From Felis catus (Eukaryota), in assembly GCF_018350175.1 (NCBI RefSeq), contig NC_058368.1, forward strand, positions 119,786,001 to 119,850,000: DNA of 64,000 bases, written 5' to 3'. The notes beneath the pieces are model-generated. The model ran no database searches. It saw only the letters and a list, made by a program, of their open reading frames with translations, and was not told the DNA's origin. A program made the position numbers and the translations under genes. Of the stretch, positions 39,410 through 52,741 are shown piece after piece; position 1 is the first letter of the stretch; each line of letters opens with the position of its first letter.

Positions 39410-39900
39410 GGTGTATCAGTTTTGTATTGCCACAATAATGTTGCAAAAGAAGCCTCCCCAAATCTCAACAGCTTAACACAATAAAGCTTTATTTAGCCTA
39501 AGAGTGTGCAGGTTGGCTGGGTGGTTATTCTGTTGGCTGGGCTCACTCGACTCATTTGTGTCTTGTCAGCTGGAGGTAGGCCTGATGGCCCTGTATTTCT
39601 TGCCTGCACTCTCTCTGACAGTCTCTCTGTGTGTCTGGGGATCAGCTGGGTGTTGACAGGTTGAGGGTTGTTCATGCGGATGATTTGGGGCAATTCAGTT
39701 CTGTTTCCTAGGTCTCATCCTCCTGCAGTCTAGCATGGGTGGCAGTCTGGCAAAGGCAGAGGGGCAAGAATGAAAGCAAGCCTCAGTGCGTAAATGATTT
39801 TCATACCTCTGCTAACATCGTGTTTGCTAATATCCCAATGGCCAAAGCATGTCACATGGCCAAGTCCAGAGACAAGGGTAGGTTAAGAATTGAGTCTGTC
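39410..39900. mobile_element. Old MaLR LTR (MLT1-like)
   Basis: tattgccacaataatgttgc...ccccaaatctcaacagcttaacacaataa...tgctaatatcccaatggccaaagcatgtcacatggccaag. Confidence 0.8.
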
Positions 39901-40804
39901 AGTGGTATTAATTTGTCACATCTGGCTTCACCTTATTCCTCTGCCTATCTTTTATGTATGGACTTCACTCAGAAGTTTAGGGGGTGTAGATTTTTTGGGG
40001 GTTGTCTTTACCCAACACTTACTCTTAGCTTAAAGGACCCCAAACTATATACTTTGTATCAGTTTACTTAAATATACAACTCCCTGTGAAACCAAAATGC
40101 ATTTGCCTTAGAAAGCCACTGACATAAAAAGGAATCCCTTGGAGGTTGAAGGGAACCAGTTTATACAACAGACTTCCTGTTCTTTGAACTGTGGTTATGA
40201 AGGATTTAATCGACATGGGACTTAATTTACAAATCCCCATTCAGAGTAGAGGTGATAGAATTACTTTGGAGCTTCCTCTGATCCATCTTCAAAGTCCAAA
40301 CTTTTGGACCACATATAGGGTGGTGTCCTGGAAGAGTAGGCATCTTTTAGCACTTGGTTACAGGGCTCAAGCTGGGTGACCTTGACAAGCCACTTGACTC
40401 TGCTTCCTTTATTGAGAAAACAGGGTGATTATCCTTTTAAAGAAAACTTAATGATTCAGTGACAGAAATGGGTGATGATACCTAATCTAAATGTATAAGA
40501 TTATAGATCAGTTAAAATTTTTGTATCATCAGTGTGACAAAAACTGTTTGATCATGAACTTACCTGTGACAGGATTAGCTACAATAATGATGACTGCCAT
40601 TTGCCGGCTGTGTATTACGTGCCATGCCCTATGATAAGCCCTTCAGCACTGTAATTTTACCCTTAATGGGAATGCTATGGAAGTTAATACTATCCCTGTC
40701 TGAGTGTTAGGTCAAATAACTTACCTGATTTCACAGGTATTGAGGACTGTGTAATGAAAAGAATCTGGCAGTTCAATTCCAGAACCTGTGTTCTTTTCTT
40801 CCCC

Positions 40805-41335
40805 TTTTTTATAGGAGTAAAATTAACATATAGTGCTATGTTAGTTTCAGGTGTACTATATAATGATTCAACAATTCTAAACATTTCTCAGTGTTCATCA
40901 CAATGAGTGTACTCCTAATCCTCTCTATCTGTTTCACCCATCCCCCATCCACCTCTCATTTGGCAACCACTAGTTTGTTGTCTGCATTTTAGAGTCTGGT
41001 TTTTTGTTGTTGTTGTTGTTATTGTTGTTGTTGTTATTGTCTCTTTGTTTTTTTGTTTGCTCACTTGTTTTGCTTCATAAATTCCACATATGAGTGAAAT
41101 CGTATGGTATTTGTCTTTCTCTGACCAGGTTATTTCACTTAGGCCCATCCATGTTGTTGCAAATGGCAAGAATTGCTTTTTTTGTGGCTTAATAATATTC
41201 CGTTGCATATATGTACCACCTCTTCCTTATTCGTTCATCTATTGATGGACATTTGGGCTGCTTCCTATAGTTGGCTATGTAAATAATGCTGTAATAAACA
41301 TAGAGGTGCATATATCTTTTTAAATTAGGCTTTTG
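40805..41335 (-). mobile_element. L1 3' end (carnivore L1-like)
   Basis: ttagtttcaggtgtac...aaattccacatatgagtgaaatcgtatggtatttgtc...ccatccatgttgttgcaaatggcaag. Confidence 0.92.
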
Positions 41336-41788
41336 GAATCCACCTTCTTAATTACTCTTGTCATACTGTACATTGTAGCAATCTTATGTCCTTGTGAAAT
41401 TTATGCACTCCCTGAAGTGTTCACCCCTGACTTAATTCCCATGATGTAGTAAGTTGCATTAAACAGAAGTCATGGTGCTATTGGTGATGTTTGTTAAGTA
41501 TTTACTATGTACAGCATACTGCTAAAAGTGAGGGGATAAGAATAAGAATGATAAAGAAGACTTTTTAAATATGTGGTCCATACTTAAAGGGAGTAAGTAG
41601 CTTATAGCCAGTGGTGGAGGGCAAGGGGATGGTGGTGACTGAGACTAGTCTGCAGAGCTATACATGTGAAAATGACTTTTATTTGTTTGTTTAATGATCA
41701 CTTATTGGAAATCTAAGAAGAAGGTTCAGGGGATTGAGGCATGAGTAAGGCAGGCCTTGCCCTAAAGGAGCTCATATTCTAGTGATGG

Positions 41789-41790
<2 letters not shown>

Positions 41791-41833
<43 letters not shown>
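41791..41833. repeat. (CA)n microsatellite within an L2-like remnant
   Basis: Seen directly. Confidence 0.97.
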
Positions 41834-41835
<2 letters not shown>

Positions 41836-43269
41836 GATGATGTAGCATGGCAAAAGGTTGTAATAAAGACTGACTTTGGATTGATGTGGGGGAAACAGGG
41901 TCTGAGTCCAGGAAGGCTCCATGGAAGAGGTGACAGTTGAGCTGAGTCATGAAAAATGAGAAGGATCTCCTCAGAGAGAAAACCAATAAGTAAAAACAGA
42001 CGTAGGAAAGCCCATTCCAGTGTTTAGAATGCTGAGGCATGGGCAGACCATTGCAGGTGCAGGATAGAGTACAGTGTGAAGGCACGATGGGAAAAGAATG
42101 TGAAGAGGCAAGCAGGGCACAGGTTATAAAGGGTCGTGTGGAGAAAATGGAGATGTTACTTCGAATGTTTGAGCCATCGATTTTAAGAACCTGAAAATCC
42201 ATAATTAAGTAAAAGTTAAAATGGTAAAATGCTTCAGTACCCATGTCGGGCAGGGTTTGCCCCTGTTTTCCAAGAGGACTAGCGGAGGCACAGATTGGGG
42301 ATGCCACTTGTCCAGTGCCATCCATCTTAGCTGAAAGGACCTTCCTGGGAGACCACATGGCATCCCCGCACTGACAGAATCCAGGCAGACAGGTTGTCTT
42401 GTGCACTGGCCCTTGCAAAAGCAGAGCTGCTACAAAATCTGTTTGGAGAAGTTCTCATTTTCCCCCGTTTGCCAGCGCTGGAGGAGCTGGGGTGCCGGAT
42501 GAGCAGGCTCCTGGCACAGCTGTTGACCTCATTCTCTGGCACTCCGACAGCAGTATGGGCAATGAGCAAAGCAGGAAGGTGTATGTAAGCCTGAACCCCA
42601 GTCCACAATGGTGCACAAAATCTGTTCCTGCAAGACTGGAACAGGTTGTGAAAGAATCAGGCAACTCGGAAGCCAGTAAGAGCATCTGCATTTTCATGCT
42701 GTGAATTAGTAAGCAAGCTGTCACTGCGAATTCTCCTAATGTCATCGTTTGCTTCTCTCAGCCTGAAAATACTTCTGAAGCTTCTTTGCCCCTGGTCCCA
42801 TACCTGACTCATGACCCAGAGGTCATCACTGCTATGTTCTGGTTACATCCAGGGCATTACTCTAAAGCTCTGGGAATTTCTCACCTTTTAAGTGAAAGAA
42901 GTTGCCAGGTCGCAACAGTAGGTGCTTGGTAAGGCTGTTTCTATGATTTCTTCTAGATGAAAAAGACAAACTGTTCTCCAAGAGTTCCCAGAAAGAAAGC
43001 GCTTGTTCACATGTGATGAATCCACTTCCACTCATATGCTCCTCCTTCCCTGTGAAATTTGCCACACTTACCCTAATGCACACATCATACCAACGCACAG
43101 AATAAAACAAACTCATACATGTCCCTCTTATCTGTAAAACTATATGGAAGGTTACTGAGATCTAGGGAATTCAGAGTTACATCAAACTCAAGAGGAGAGA
43201 AGTCTGTGCGATTGAGGGCCAATATTCTGTATATAACTTTATATTTTGCCTTGTCGTAAACACTGTCCC

Positions 43270-43860
43270 AAGTTTCTTCATTGTCTTTATAATTACTGTC
43301 TTAGTGACTACAACATAATATTGCATTGATTAATGTATCATAGTTCACTTGCTTGTAGTCTCATTTTGGACATTTCCATTTCAAATACATGTGATTATCA
43401 AATAGGCTATAATGGACATCTTTGCGTTGTTTGCTGCAGAATGATTTCTCTGGGATAAGTGTCATAGAGTAGAATTACTGGGGCAAAACCTATGAAAAAC
43501 TTTTGTGATCCTAATTAATTATCTTCATGTTGCTTTCTAAAATAGGTAGTGCAAACTTTTTATGTCACTAGGCTTGTGAATGTACCAATATCACCAGAAT
43601 TTTCCCGGTAGTATGTTATGACTTTAAGATTTTTGTTTGTTTGTTCTACTAAACTATTAGGTGGAAAATGATACAACAAAGTTGCCTTCATTTGAAATTT
43701 TATGATTAGTAGGGCACATGAATATTTCCCCATTTACTTTATATTTTCTCTTAGCTGCATTGTTTATATATTTGGTGAAAATATGTATCTATCTTCATGT
43801 TTCTCTTGAAGTTTAATGACTCCTTTACACGGCATGGGTATTAACCACTTGTACACCATG
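43270..43860 (-). mobile_element. Old L1 (L1ME-like) fragment
   Basis: atttctctgggataagtgtcatagagtagaattactggggcaaaa...aggtggaaaatgatac. Confidence 0.6.
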
Positions 43861-44504
43861 TTAGACATTTGTAGACATTAACAGTTTGCTTCTTTGAAAT
43901 GGTTTCCCCCCAAGTCTTGGCTAGACTTGCTACTTATCATTGTTCAGCTGTCTGCTCAGATGCCAGCTTCTTAGAGCACCCCTGACCTCCTCTAAGGCAG
44001 AAGAGTGGCTGAAAATCAGTGCACTAGAGTTGGACAATCCAGGTCCACATCTTGGCTCCACCATTTACTCTGTGGCTTTAGGTAGAACATGAAATAGGGA
44101 TAGTAATAATAGCTACTCGTAGGACTGTTGTGAAGATTAAAAGGATTGATAAAAGCAAAGTGCTTACTATGGATGGCTGAAATCAAGAACTGTATAAGTG
44201 AAAAAAAACAACTATATAAATGTAGTTATTACAATTTTAAGAGAATCAGAGGGAAATGACGCCTGAGTTTTTAATGGGCGGAAAAGATATGGGGAAGTAA
44301 ACTGTGACCTTCTTCCAAGTTTTTTCCCAGTCCTTTCCTTGCTGCTTATGGCCCTACTTCATATTACAGTGAATGTTGATCAAGAATCTTCTACATCAAA
44401 TCCCCGTGATAAACTGCTATGTCCAGGGAGAAAGTATTTTTTTAAAAATCAGCCTTCCAGGAGGTTTAAGTGAAGAGATAAGAAATAAACATGTGTGTTA
44501 AATA

Positions 44505-44725
44505 ATAGCATGGCAACGTGGATGGAGCATGGACTTAGAAGACCGGCTGACCTGAGTTCAAATTCATTCTCTGTAATAGGCTAGCTGTGCAGCCTTGAGC
44601 AACTTGCTTGAGTTTTCTGAGCCTCATCCAGACCTTGTTGTGTTGTTTGGAGAATTAAGTAAGTTGAAAAGTGTATGTGTATGTGTCATGTACATAGTAG
44701 ACCTGCAGAAAGTTATAAGCAGTAT
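44505..44725 (+). mobile_element. MIR SINE
   Basis: gacctgagttcaaattc...ctagctgtgcagccttgagcaacttgcttgagttttctgagcctc. Confidence 0.8.
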
Positions 44726-45079
44726 TGAAAAGGCATGAGTAATTCCATTTTGGGTGAGTGGAATTTCTCTTATGGCCCAAGAAAGAAAAAATCCTACAGC
44801 TTCAGAGAACAAGAGAGTTTGAACTGGTCCTTAGGTGACAGAGTTAAGGGTTAAAGAAAGGCCATCAATGGGGTAGGGTGGCATGAACCCAGACTTCTTG
44901 GTAGGCATATCCAAGCTTGTGGGAGAGCATGGGATGAAAATCATGTACTTCAAGTGATGTGGATGGCTGAGGTATGGGAGTGATGGGAAATAAGCTGGAA
45001 AGGTAGGCTTGGATTCTGATGGTGGGAGGCTAAGGACTTGCTCCCTGAGATACATTGGGATGATCGTGATCCCCCTCAC

Positions 45080-45302
45080 TTTTTTTAAAAAAAAATTTTT
45101 TTTAACATTTATTTATTTTTGAGACAGAGAGAGAGCATGAAGAGGGGAGAGTCAGAGAAAGAGGGAGACACAGAATCTGAAACCGGCTCCAGGCTCTGAG
45201 CTGTCAGCACAGAGCCCGACGTGGGGCTCGAACTCACGGACTGTGAGATCATGACCTGAGCCGAAGTCGGCCGCTTAACCGACTGAGCCACCCAGGCACC
45301 CC
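45080..45302 (-). mobile_element. Young feline Can-SINE
   Basis: Near-consensus with CpGs retained; TSD atcccc(c)tcactttt on both sides. Confidence 0.96.
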
Positions 45303-45534
45303 ATCCCCTCACTTTTATTAGGGCCTTCAGGACCAGGGCAAAGAGGCACTGAAAAGGCACAGACCAGTTTGCTGGTGATGAACAGGAGACCCGGTAGCAT
45401 TGTGTTTTGCAGCTTCACTAGAGAGATCATCTCCATTGATCAAACCCCCCGGGTTTTGAGGCAAGGCTTGTTCCAGAGGAATACTTCCACACTCCTACGG
45501 AACAGCTAGATTAGCACCACTTTTGGTCGGTATA

Positions 45535-45745
45535 ATCATCTACTGTCCAGTGAACACTTACTGTAGGCAGTCTGCAGAGTCATTATCTTATCTAATCTTC
45601 TCAACAACCCTCAAATCATGTGCTCATTTTATTCTCATTTTACAAATGACGAAACTGAGGCTTAGAGAGCTTGCACACCTCGTAAGAACTGAGGTCAGAT
45701 TCAGATCTAGGACTACCTGTCTGCCAACCCGTGCTCTTCCCAGTC
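45535..45745 (-). mobile_element. MIR SINE
   Basis: ttattctcattttacaaatgacgaaactgaggcttagagag. Confidence 0.8.
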
Positions 45746-47619
45746 TCTAACGTTAGCGTTACATAATCTCTTTGCATAGTTACTATTCAGTTGCTGCTTT
45801 CTCTCCTTTCTTCCCCAGTGTCCCCAACCCCGGCCCCATGCATTGCATTTCCTTTCTTTCCACCTCTCCTCTCCTGTTCTTGCCCTTGCCCAAATGCTTG
45901 CTCATGTACTCAATCCCTCAACATTTATGGAACTCATATAATGTGCCAAGCATTCTGCTGAGTGAGTCTATTTTCCTGTGTTTTTATTTCTCCGTAATGT
46001 CTGATGCAGTGCTGGCAGAAAGTACTCAATAAGTACATGGTGCTGTTAGGTGTGGTCCAGTGCCCTCAAGGACTTGAATAAATGCAAGATGTTTTAGCTG
46101 ACACTCCCAAAGATGGGAAACACTTTTGTCTGTTTTCCCTTCTCTCCCTCCTCCTCCTCACCCCATGACCCCCCTCCTTCCCTTCCTTCCACAAATATTT
46201 GTCAGATGAGTGTTCTATATCAAACACTGGGCTTGTTGCTAGAGGTACAGATAAAATGCACAGCAAGATGGCCGTGATTAAAACCTGTTTCTGACCCACT
46301 GCCAGGCTGCAGTGCACATTACCTGGGCCTCTGCTTCAGTGCTTATCCCTCAGTCAACACTTGGTAAGATAATGCTTTGACTGATGCCTTTTATAAAAAT
46401 TCCAAACAGAACAAAACTATTGGACAAGAAGGGCAGCACCGAAGATTAAACGAAGGGGTGGAGGGAGGCTTGGGTAAATCTCATCTAATTCTGTTCCATT
46501 CACTGAGCAGACATTTGGAAGCAGGGCAGATGGGATCCTATGGTCATGCCTGCAAGTCAGGATCTGCAGGGCAGAATTAGAGAGAGGAACTTGGCCAGAA
46601 CCCTGGGAACTGGATGAGGCTTCTCTGGGGCATGAAGCACCCAGCCTGAGTCTGTCCACATTTCTCCAGCAACATGACTAGATATCTATTGTGAACGGTT
46701 AACAGGACCCGGCAGGACCCTTTATTTTTCATCTGGGTGGAGTGAGGATGGGCAGAATAACACTATACCACCTTGCTCACTTGAGGGGAAACAGTATTGT
46801 CCAGATCAGAGACACACATCAGAGATCAGAGACCCTATAAAAGCATTCTTCCTCATGCCAGCCCTTAGCCCATTGGCTAATAGCCCTCCCTATTGTGAAC
46901 GGGGACACAGCTAAAGACCTATTTTCTCAGCAGACATCTGAAGATCCATAACGAGCAAGACTATGTGCTACAGTGGGTTAGTGTCATTACAAACAGACAA
47001 CATCTTCAAAAGAATATTTACATGTTGATCTTGAATTTCAACGAGAAAAACCCACTACCAACTGGTTGATTCGTTGCATTTTGGCAGGGGGGATCTCTGC
47101 AAGTCTGAGTTCCTGTTTCTTAGCCACAGTAGGACATAGGGTTAGATTTTAGGGATCAAGGCGTTCCCACTTGTCTGTAGCATATGCTCATGTATTTATT
47201 ACATGAACAAACTGTGCTTAGCCCTATAGGAAATGTAAGTGCTATTCTCTCACTCTGTCACCCATTAAGCACACATTTGTGTAGCAATTGGATCCATGGA
47301 TTGGTTTCACACAGTTTCTTATGTAAGCCAATTCATAGAAATTTTCCAGTAGTATATTATTGCCTTCACCTTCCTTTCAGAGATCTCCTGGGAATATCTG
47401 AACTGTGGGAGTGGCCACAAAGTCATATTATGTTAAGAAGTTTAATTAGCAGAAAATGCAATGTAACACACATGTCACACATTGATTTTTATAGGCTGTG
47501 GGCAGGTTAGATATTGAGAATTCCTTGGTGATTTCAGACTGCAAACCCATTTTTCTTCAAACACATTATTTACTTTTTTTTATTCTTAACCAGGATGGGT
47601 ATAAGAGTTTGTGCCTATC

Positions 47620-48240
47620 CTCACTCTCATTCTTCCATTCTCTTGTTCAGAAGGTATTTCCTGATCACCTGTCTACACCAGGCACTATCTTGGACAGTAG
47701 GAATACAGCAGTGAACACAAATAGGTAAGAGCACCGCTCCTGTGAAACTTTCATTCAGATCAGTGCTACCCACTGGACCTTTTTGTAATGATGGAAATGC
47801 TGCAAAGTGATTAGATTAGATTAGATTAGATTAGGGGATGATTTGTTGTCCAGTACAGCAGCTGCCAACCACTTGAGGCAACTGAGCACTTAAAATGTGG
47901 AGAGTGCAACTGAGTAGCTGAACTTTGAGAATTACTTAACGTTAATATATTTACATTTAAATAGCCACACAGAGCTAATGGCTATGATATTAGCACAGTT
48001 CTAGTGGGAGAGACTGACTTGAAACCAGTGTATATTCAGATTGTGGTAAGTGCCAGGGACGAGGCAGAATGTGCTGACGGTGGTGGGGAAGGCTGACCTC
48101 AGACAGAGCAATTAGGACTGCCGCTGAGGTGACTTTTGAGTTGGACCTGAAGGATGGACGAGAAGGAGCCGGACTTGGGAGGAGCTGAAGGAAGAGGACA
48201 CCAGGCAGAGGGAGCAGCGAGGAGTGCCCTGAATGTGCTG
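47620..48240 (-). mobile_element. L2 fragment interrupted by MER3
   Basis: caccaggcactatcttggacagtaggaatacagcagtgaacac...ctgaggtgacttttgagttggacctgaaggatg. Confidence 0.75.
47761..47998. mobile_element. MER3-like hAT MITE
   Basis: tgtaatgatggaaatg...actgagcacttaaaatgtgg...atttaaatagccacacagagctaatggcta. Confidence 0.85.
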
Positions 48241-49159
48241 ACTCTTCCCCCTGAATGTCTCTCCCTCCCAGACCCACACCCAGGCTGGAAGCTTCTACTT
48301 TGGATGAGAGCCCTCCTCTGGGAGGACTGGCTCTGCCTGGGAGCACGTACCAGGCCGCGGAGCAGCGAGGCAGATGCTGTTCCGTCCTTCTCTTGTTGAG
48401 CTGCCATGTCTGGTCTGCCCAGTGGCTCCACGAGTGCTTTTTGAGCTTCTCACACTCCAGGCGTACACAGGCAGCACAGGAGATACTTGCTGCCTAGCCT
48501 GCGTTCTGTGTCTCACCTTTTCTCATTTCTCTGGAAAGAGAAGAACTTAATTCCTTTCTCTGACTCGTGTATGATCCACCTTCCAATGCCTAAAATTTTT
48601 GTGTCTCCACTGCCTCCCCTCAGGTAGGCCCCCTGTAACCGCTTCACTGACTGCTCTCCCTGTAGCCTCCTTATTCTGGTCCTAGTGTTCTCTCAGCGCC
48701 GCAAAGTACTTGCACGTATGGGAACACATGTGAAGTGCAGCTGGTTTTATCAGTATTGTTATAACTGTCACAGACATCATGATCACCATCCCCATCTCCA
48801 TTTTTACAGATGAGGAAAAAAAAAATTATGCTAGGGAGTTGCATTTTCTTGTCCCAAAACACAGAGATGGTGCCTTGACCCAAATCACCAGCCTAGGTGT
48901 CTGACTTTGGATTCAGTGCTTTTCCCAAATACTCTACCTGTCTTCCTCATCTTGTTACTTCAAGCTGTTGTTCATTGGCCTGCGTCTCAAATTTGAGAGC
49001 TTGAGGAACCCGAATATGTGGTCTCTTCTCTCAGTTTGAGAAGCCCTGGTGTATCTGCTCTTTCCATGATTAGTCCTGGATCCCTGGTCAGTTACAAAGA
49101 GATGGCATTAGGAATAATTGAGAACATGATTTATTATTTATGAAAAATTCTAACTGATA

Positions 49160-49368
49160 GGGGTGCCTGGGTGGCTCATTCGCTTAAGCGTCGGACTCTT
49201 GGTTTTGGATCAGGTCATGATCTCGAGGTTTTGTGAGTCAACCCCGGCGTTGGACTCTGCACTGATAGCACAGAGCCTGCTTGGGATGCTCTCTCTCTCC
49301 CTTTCTCTGCCCCTCCCTCACTTGCATTTTCTCTCTCTCTCTTTCAAATAAACTTAAAATTTTTTTTC
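49160..49368 (+). mobile_element. Can-SINE
   Basis: ggggtgcctgggtggctca head; TSD-like ctaactgata / tcaactgata. Confidence 0.94.
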
Positions 49369-49400
49369 TAAATTTCAACTGATATTAAAAAACATAAATT

Positions 49401-49615
49401 GGGGCACCTGAATGGCTCAGTCAGTTAAGCGTCCAACTTCTTCAGCTCAGGTCGTGATCTCACGGTTCATGAGTTGGAGCCCCGCATCAGGCTCTGCTGA
49501 CAGCTCAGAGCCTGGAGCCTGCTTCAGATTCTGTGTCTCCCTCTCTCTCTGCCCTTCCTCCACTCATGCTCTGTCTCTCAAAAAATATGTTAAAAAAATG
49601 TTAAAATTTTTTTAA
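49401..49615 (+). mobile_element. Can-SINE
   Basis: ggggcacctgaatggctcagtcagttaagcg head; TSD-like ataaatt. Confidence 0.94.
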
Positions 49616-50537
49616 AAAGATATAAATTTAAAATAAATTCCCTGAAAGAGTCTTGGATCTCAAAGTACCTTCTTGTTTTTTGTTTGTTTGTTTGTTTGTT
49701 TGTTTTTTTGTTTTTTTGTTTTTTTTTTTGTAGATTTCTGGAGCTTGAGAAATAGTGATTTGTGTTTGTGTGTTTACTCTGGTCCATAGCCCTATTCATA
49801 GAAGGCAGACTCTTCCTGCATCAGCCCTGAAGGATACCTACCAGCCCCCCACCTCCCCATCTTTTTTGTAAGTACAGTGTCCAGAGGTTACAAGGCAGGG
49901 CAGCCCAGATACAGGGAGCTGACAGAAGTCTCATGGGGAAGATGGAGACAGGGTGAAGCCTTCTCAGTTTTATACTACACTGGCATTGTAAATTTACATG
50001 GAAGAGAAGTCTCAGAGTTAGTGACTTACCCCAAAATTCCTACCTAGGTAAATAGGAGAGTTTTTGACCCCATGATGCTCCTCTTTGCTGCAGAAAACCT
50101 CTAGTATATGAATACTTCTGAATTATAGCTGCTGCACTGGAAATGTTGAATCTTGGTACTCAGAGCTCTGGGTGTGCATGTCTAGAAAAGAAAACAATAC
50201 TTGCAGCATTATGCAGTTAAGATCTTCATGAGATTATGGTCTTTCTCTTTTAAGGTAAACCTGCAGGAGTGATACAGTTTTCCTTTTTCTTTTCTTTCCT
50301 TTTTTTTTTCCCACTCTCCTTGTATTTCCACAGACAACAGTTATATTAGCCCCCTCTATTACATGTGGCTGCTTTATGCTGAGACCTTCAGATATTTTGT
50401 TTTCTATAGAATGCTGAGTGGCATGAAACATACACATATTTTCCATAGAAAAGAAAATTGCCCCTAAATCCAGGTCTGTGAGTAAACCTAATTGGTAAGA
50501 ATCAAGGCAATTATATTTCAATTTAAAATTTAAACCT

Positions 50538-50790
50538 GGGTGCCACTGAGGTAAAATATGCTTGGTAAAATATGCGTGGCTCAGTTGAGTGTCTGACTCT
50601 TGAGTTCATCTCAGTTCATGATCTCAGGGTCGCCAGGTTGAGCCACGCATTGGGCTCCACGCTGAGCATGGAGCCTGCTTAAAATTCTCTCTCTCTTCCC
50701 CAATCTCTCTCTCTCTCTCTTCCCCTCTCCCTCCCTCTGCCCCTCTCCCCCGCTCATGCATGCTCCCTCTCTGTCTCTAAAACTAAAATA
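50538..50790 (+). mobile_element. Can-SINE with an insertion in its head
   Basis: gggtgcc[~30-bp insert]gtggctcagttgag...; TSD taaacctg. Confidence 0.9.
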
Positions 50791-52741
50791 AACCTGAAGT
50801 AAAATATGCTTTCAACATAGATTACAAAGTGGAATGGAGCGTGTATATATATATGATGCGTGATAGGTGAGAGGGCTTATGATCAGCAGTTCCTATTACT
50901 TCCCTTTAAAGTGTTTAATGGAGAAGATTTTTGATCCTTATCTTGTTCTTCATGTCTGACTTCCTGTCTCTCTTTTTCACTCATTTATAAGCCTGTCTGG
51001 ACCATCCTGTGAAGGATGTAGTACTGGATCAGGGTGGATCATGCTTGGGTCTCTGATGAGGGCACCCACTCTCTGCTGACCAGAGGTGCTACTCAGACTG
51101 GCTGGCCGTACAACATGACGTAACAAACACAATAGCTGTGATATGGTTAATGTGACCTTTGGATAAAGAAAGGGAGTATTTAATTCTTCTCTAAGAAGTT
51201 TCTCCAAGGAGTCGGCATTGGACTTGGGCCTTGGACATTGGGCCCTCATCAGACACGGAAGGAAAGGTGGGGAGAAGATCCTAGGCAGCAGAAGAACATG
51301 AACAGTGGTCTAGGATGTGACGGTGTGTGTCCTGTTTGGAGAATGGTTTGGAGAGGAGGGAGTGGCTTACCAAAGCGTGGTGAGCAGTAAGTGGAAAGAG
51401 AGGATATGGCCAAATCCAAAGCCTTCTATGCTGTGCTAATGGATTCGAACTTGATTTTGTGGCTAATAAGGAGCCAACAAATGCTTGAAAGCAGCAACAT
51501 AATATGATCATGTCCACTTAAGAACACAGTAATGTCAATGGCAAATAAATAACCTTGGGCTGTCGATTCCATCTGGCTTGGGGACTGGTATCAGGGATAG
51601 GAGGAGGGTAAACCAGGTAAAAATGTGGAGGAATTGCAGATCACAGAAAATTTCAAGGGTGCCAAGAGAAGGAGTGTAGGCAGAGGATAACAGCTGAGCA
51701 AATGCAAGGGAATTGGTGGTGTCAGCTGATAACCCCTTCCCGCCAAAATGTACCTATGACACACATACCCCCTCTCTGGTTCTCACTCCTGAAATGGGCG
51801 CTACTTGGAAAATTCTTTTGATTGCCTGTTCTGTCCCCAAGGTTTTCATTCCAAGTTTCCTATGCTATAGCTAATTGCTCTTCGGTTTCCGTGGTAGCAA
51901 AACCTAGCAAATTGAGCACAGTCCCTACAGAGCACTGAGTTGTGGATGTTAAAATTTACGACAGAGCAATTTAGTTGTGCCCTATTTCCGAAGAAATGAA
52001 GACACTTAATTTTTCATCTGCTTCAGTGGCAGCACTAGCTATGATTTCAGATCAAAAGGCGGTACAAAATTATTTTTGAATTATTTTAACACGTGAAATC
52101 TGAACATTGGAATGATTTATGGAAATAAATCATCTAGCTTGGCACTAACGGGTTTTTGAGCTTTATCTTCCATCCATTTATTTTTAACCTCTCTGAATAT
52201 CCTCTGCTTTGCTGACACCAACACTCACTTCTGAAGCCAGTGAGCTGTCTGCTTATAAATACTGAATCAACCAGCAAATCACGTTTAATTAGACTTTGCT
52301 CATTCCACTTAGCTTTTAAGAAGGTAACGTGCCTTTTAAGCTACACAAACCTTGGTAATCTAAATAGGAGCAAGGCTGAGGAAAAGCCTTATTAAATGTA
52401 GACCAGGGCTCATGTTTGCCACCTGCTCTTCCAAACCTGTAGGAACCTTTGAAAATAGTGTCTGCCCCAAAGGGCCATGGTCAGACCCTGGTACATTGTT
52501 GGGGAAGTAGAGCCTAACGAGCACATTAGCTTTTGAGAGATCTTTGAATAAGCTCTTTACATTGATCTGCCCTGCATTACTGCTCATTCTTTTCCTCTTT
52601 GGGGAACACTCTGACTTCATCACAGCTGGACACAAACAGTATATTATTTTCCAGGTACATTTATATAATTTCTGTGGTCAGGGGGGTGGAGCTAGAAGAG
52701 GTGGAGAAGGAGAGGTGCACAGTTTAAATCTGAAGCTTCAG

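Noticed and set aside
41762..42418. Longest ORF (218 aa, - strand)
   Set aside because: Runs through an L2-like remnant and a (CA)n tract (CVCVCV); no recognisable domain.
50240..50260. Possible recursive splice sites (pyrimidine tract-AG|GT; also ~48623 and ~63430)
   Set aside because: Donor halves (gtaaac, gtaggc, gtaatg) are not the strong GTAAG type, and such motifs are expected by chance.
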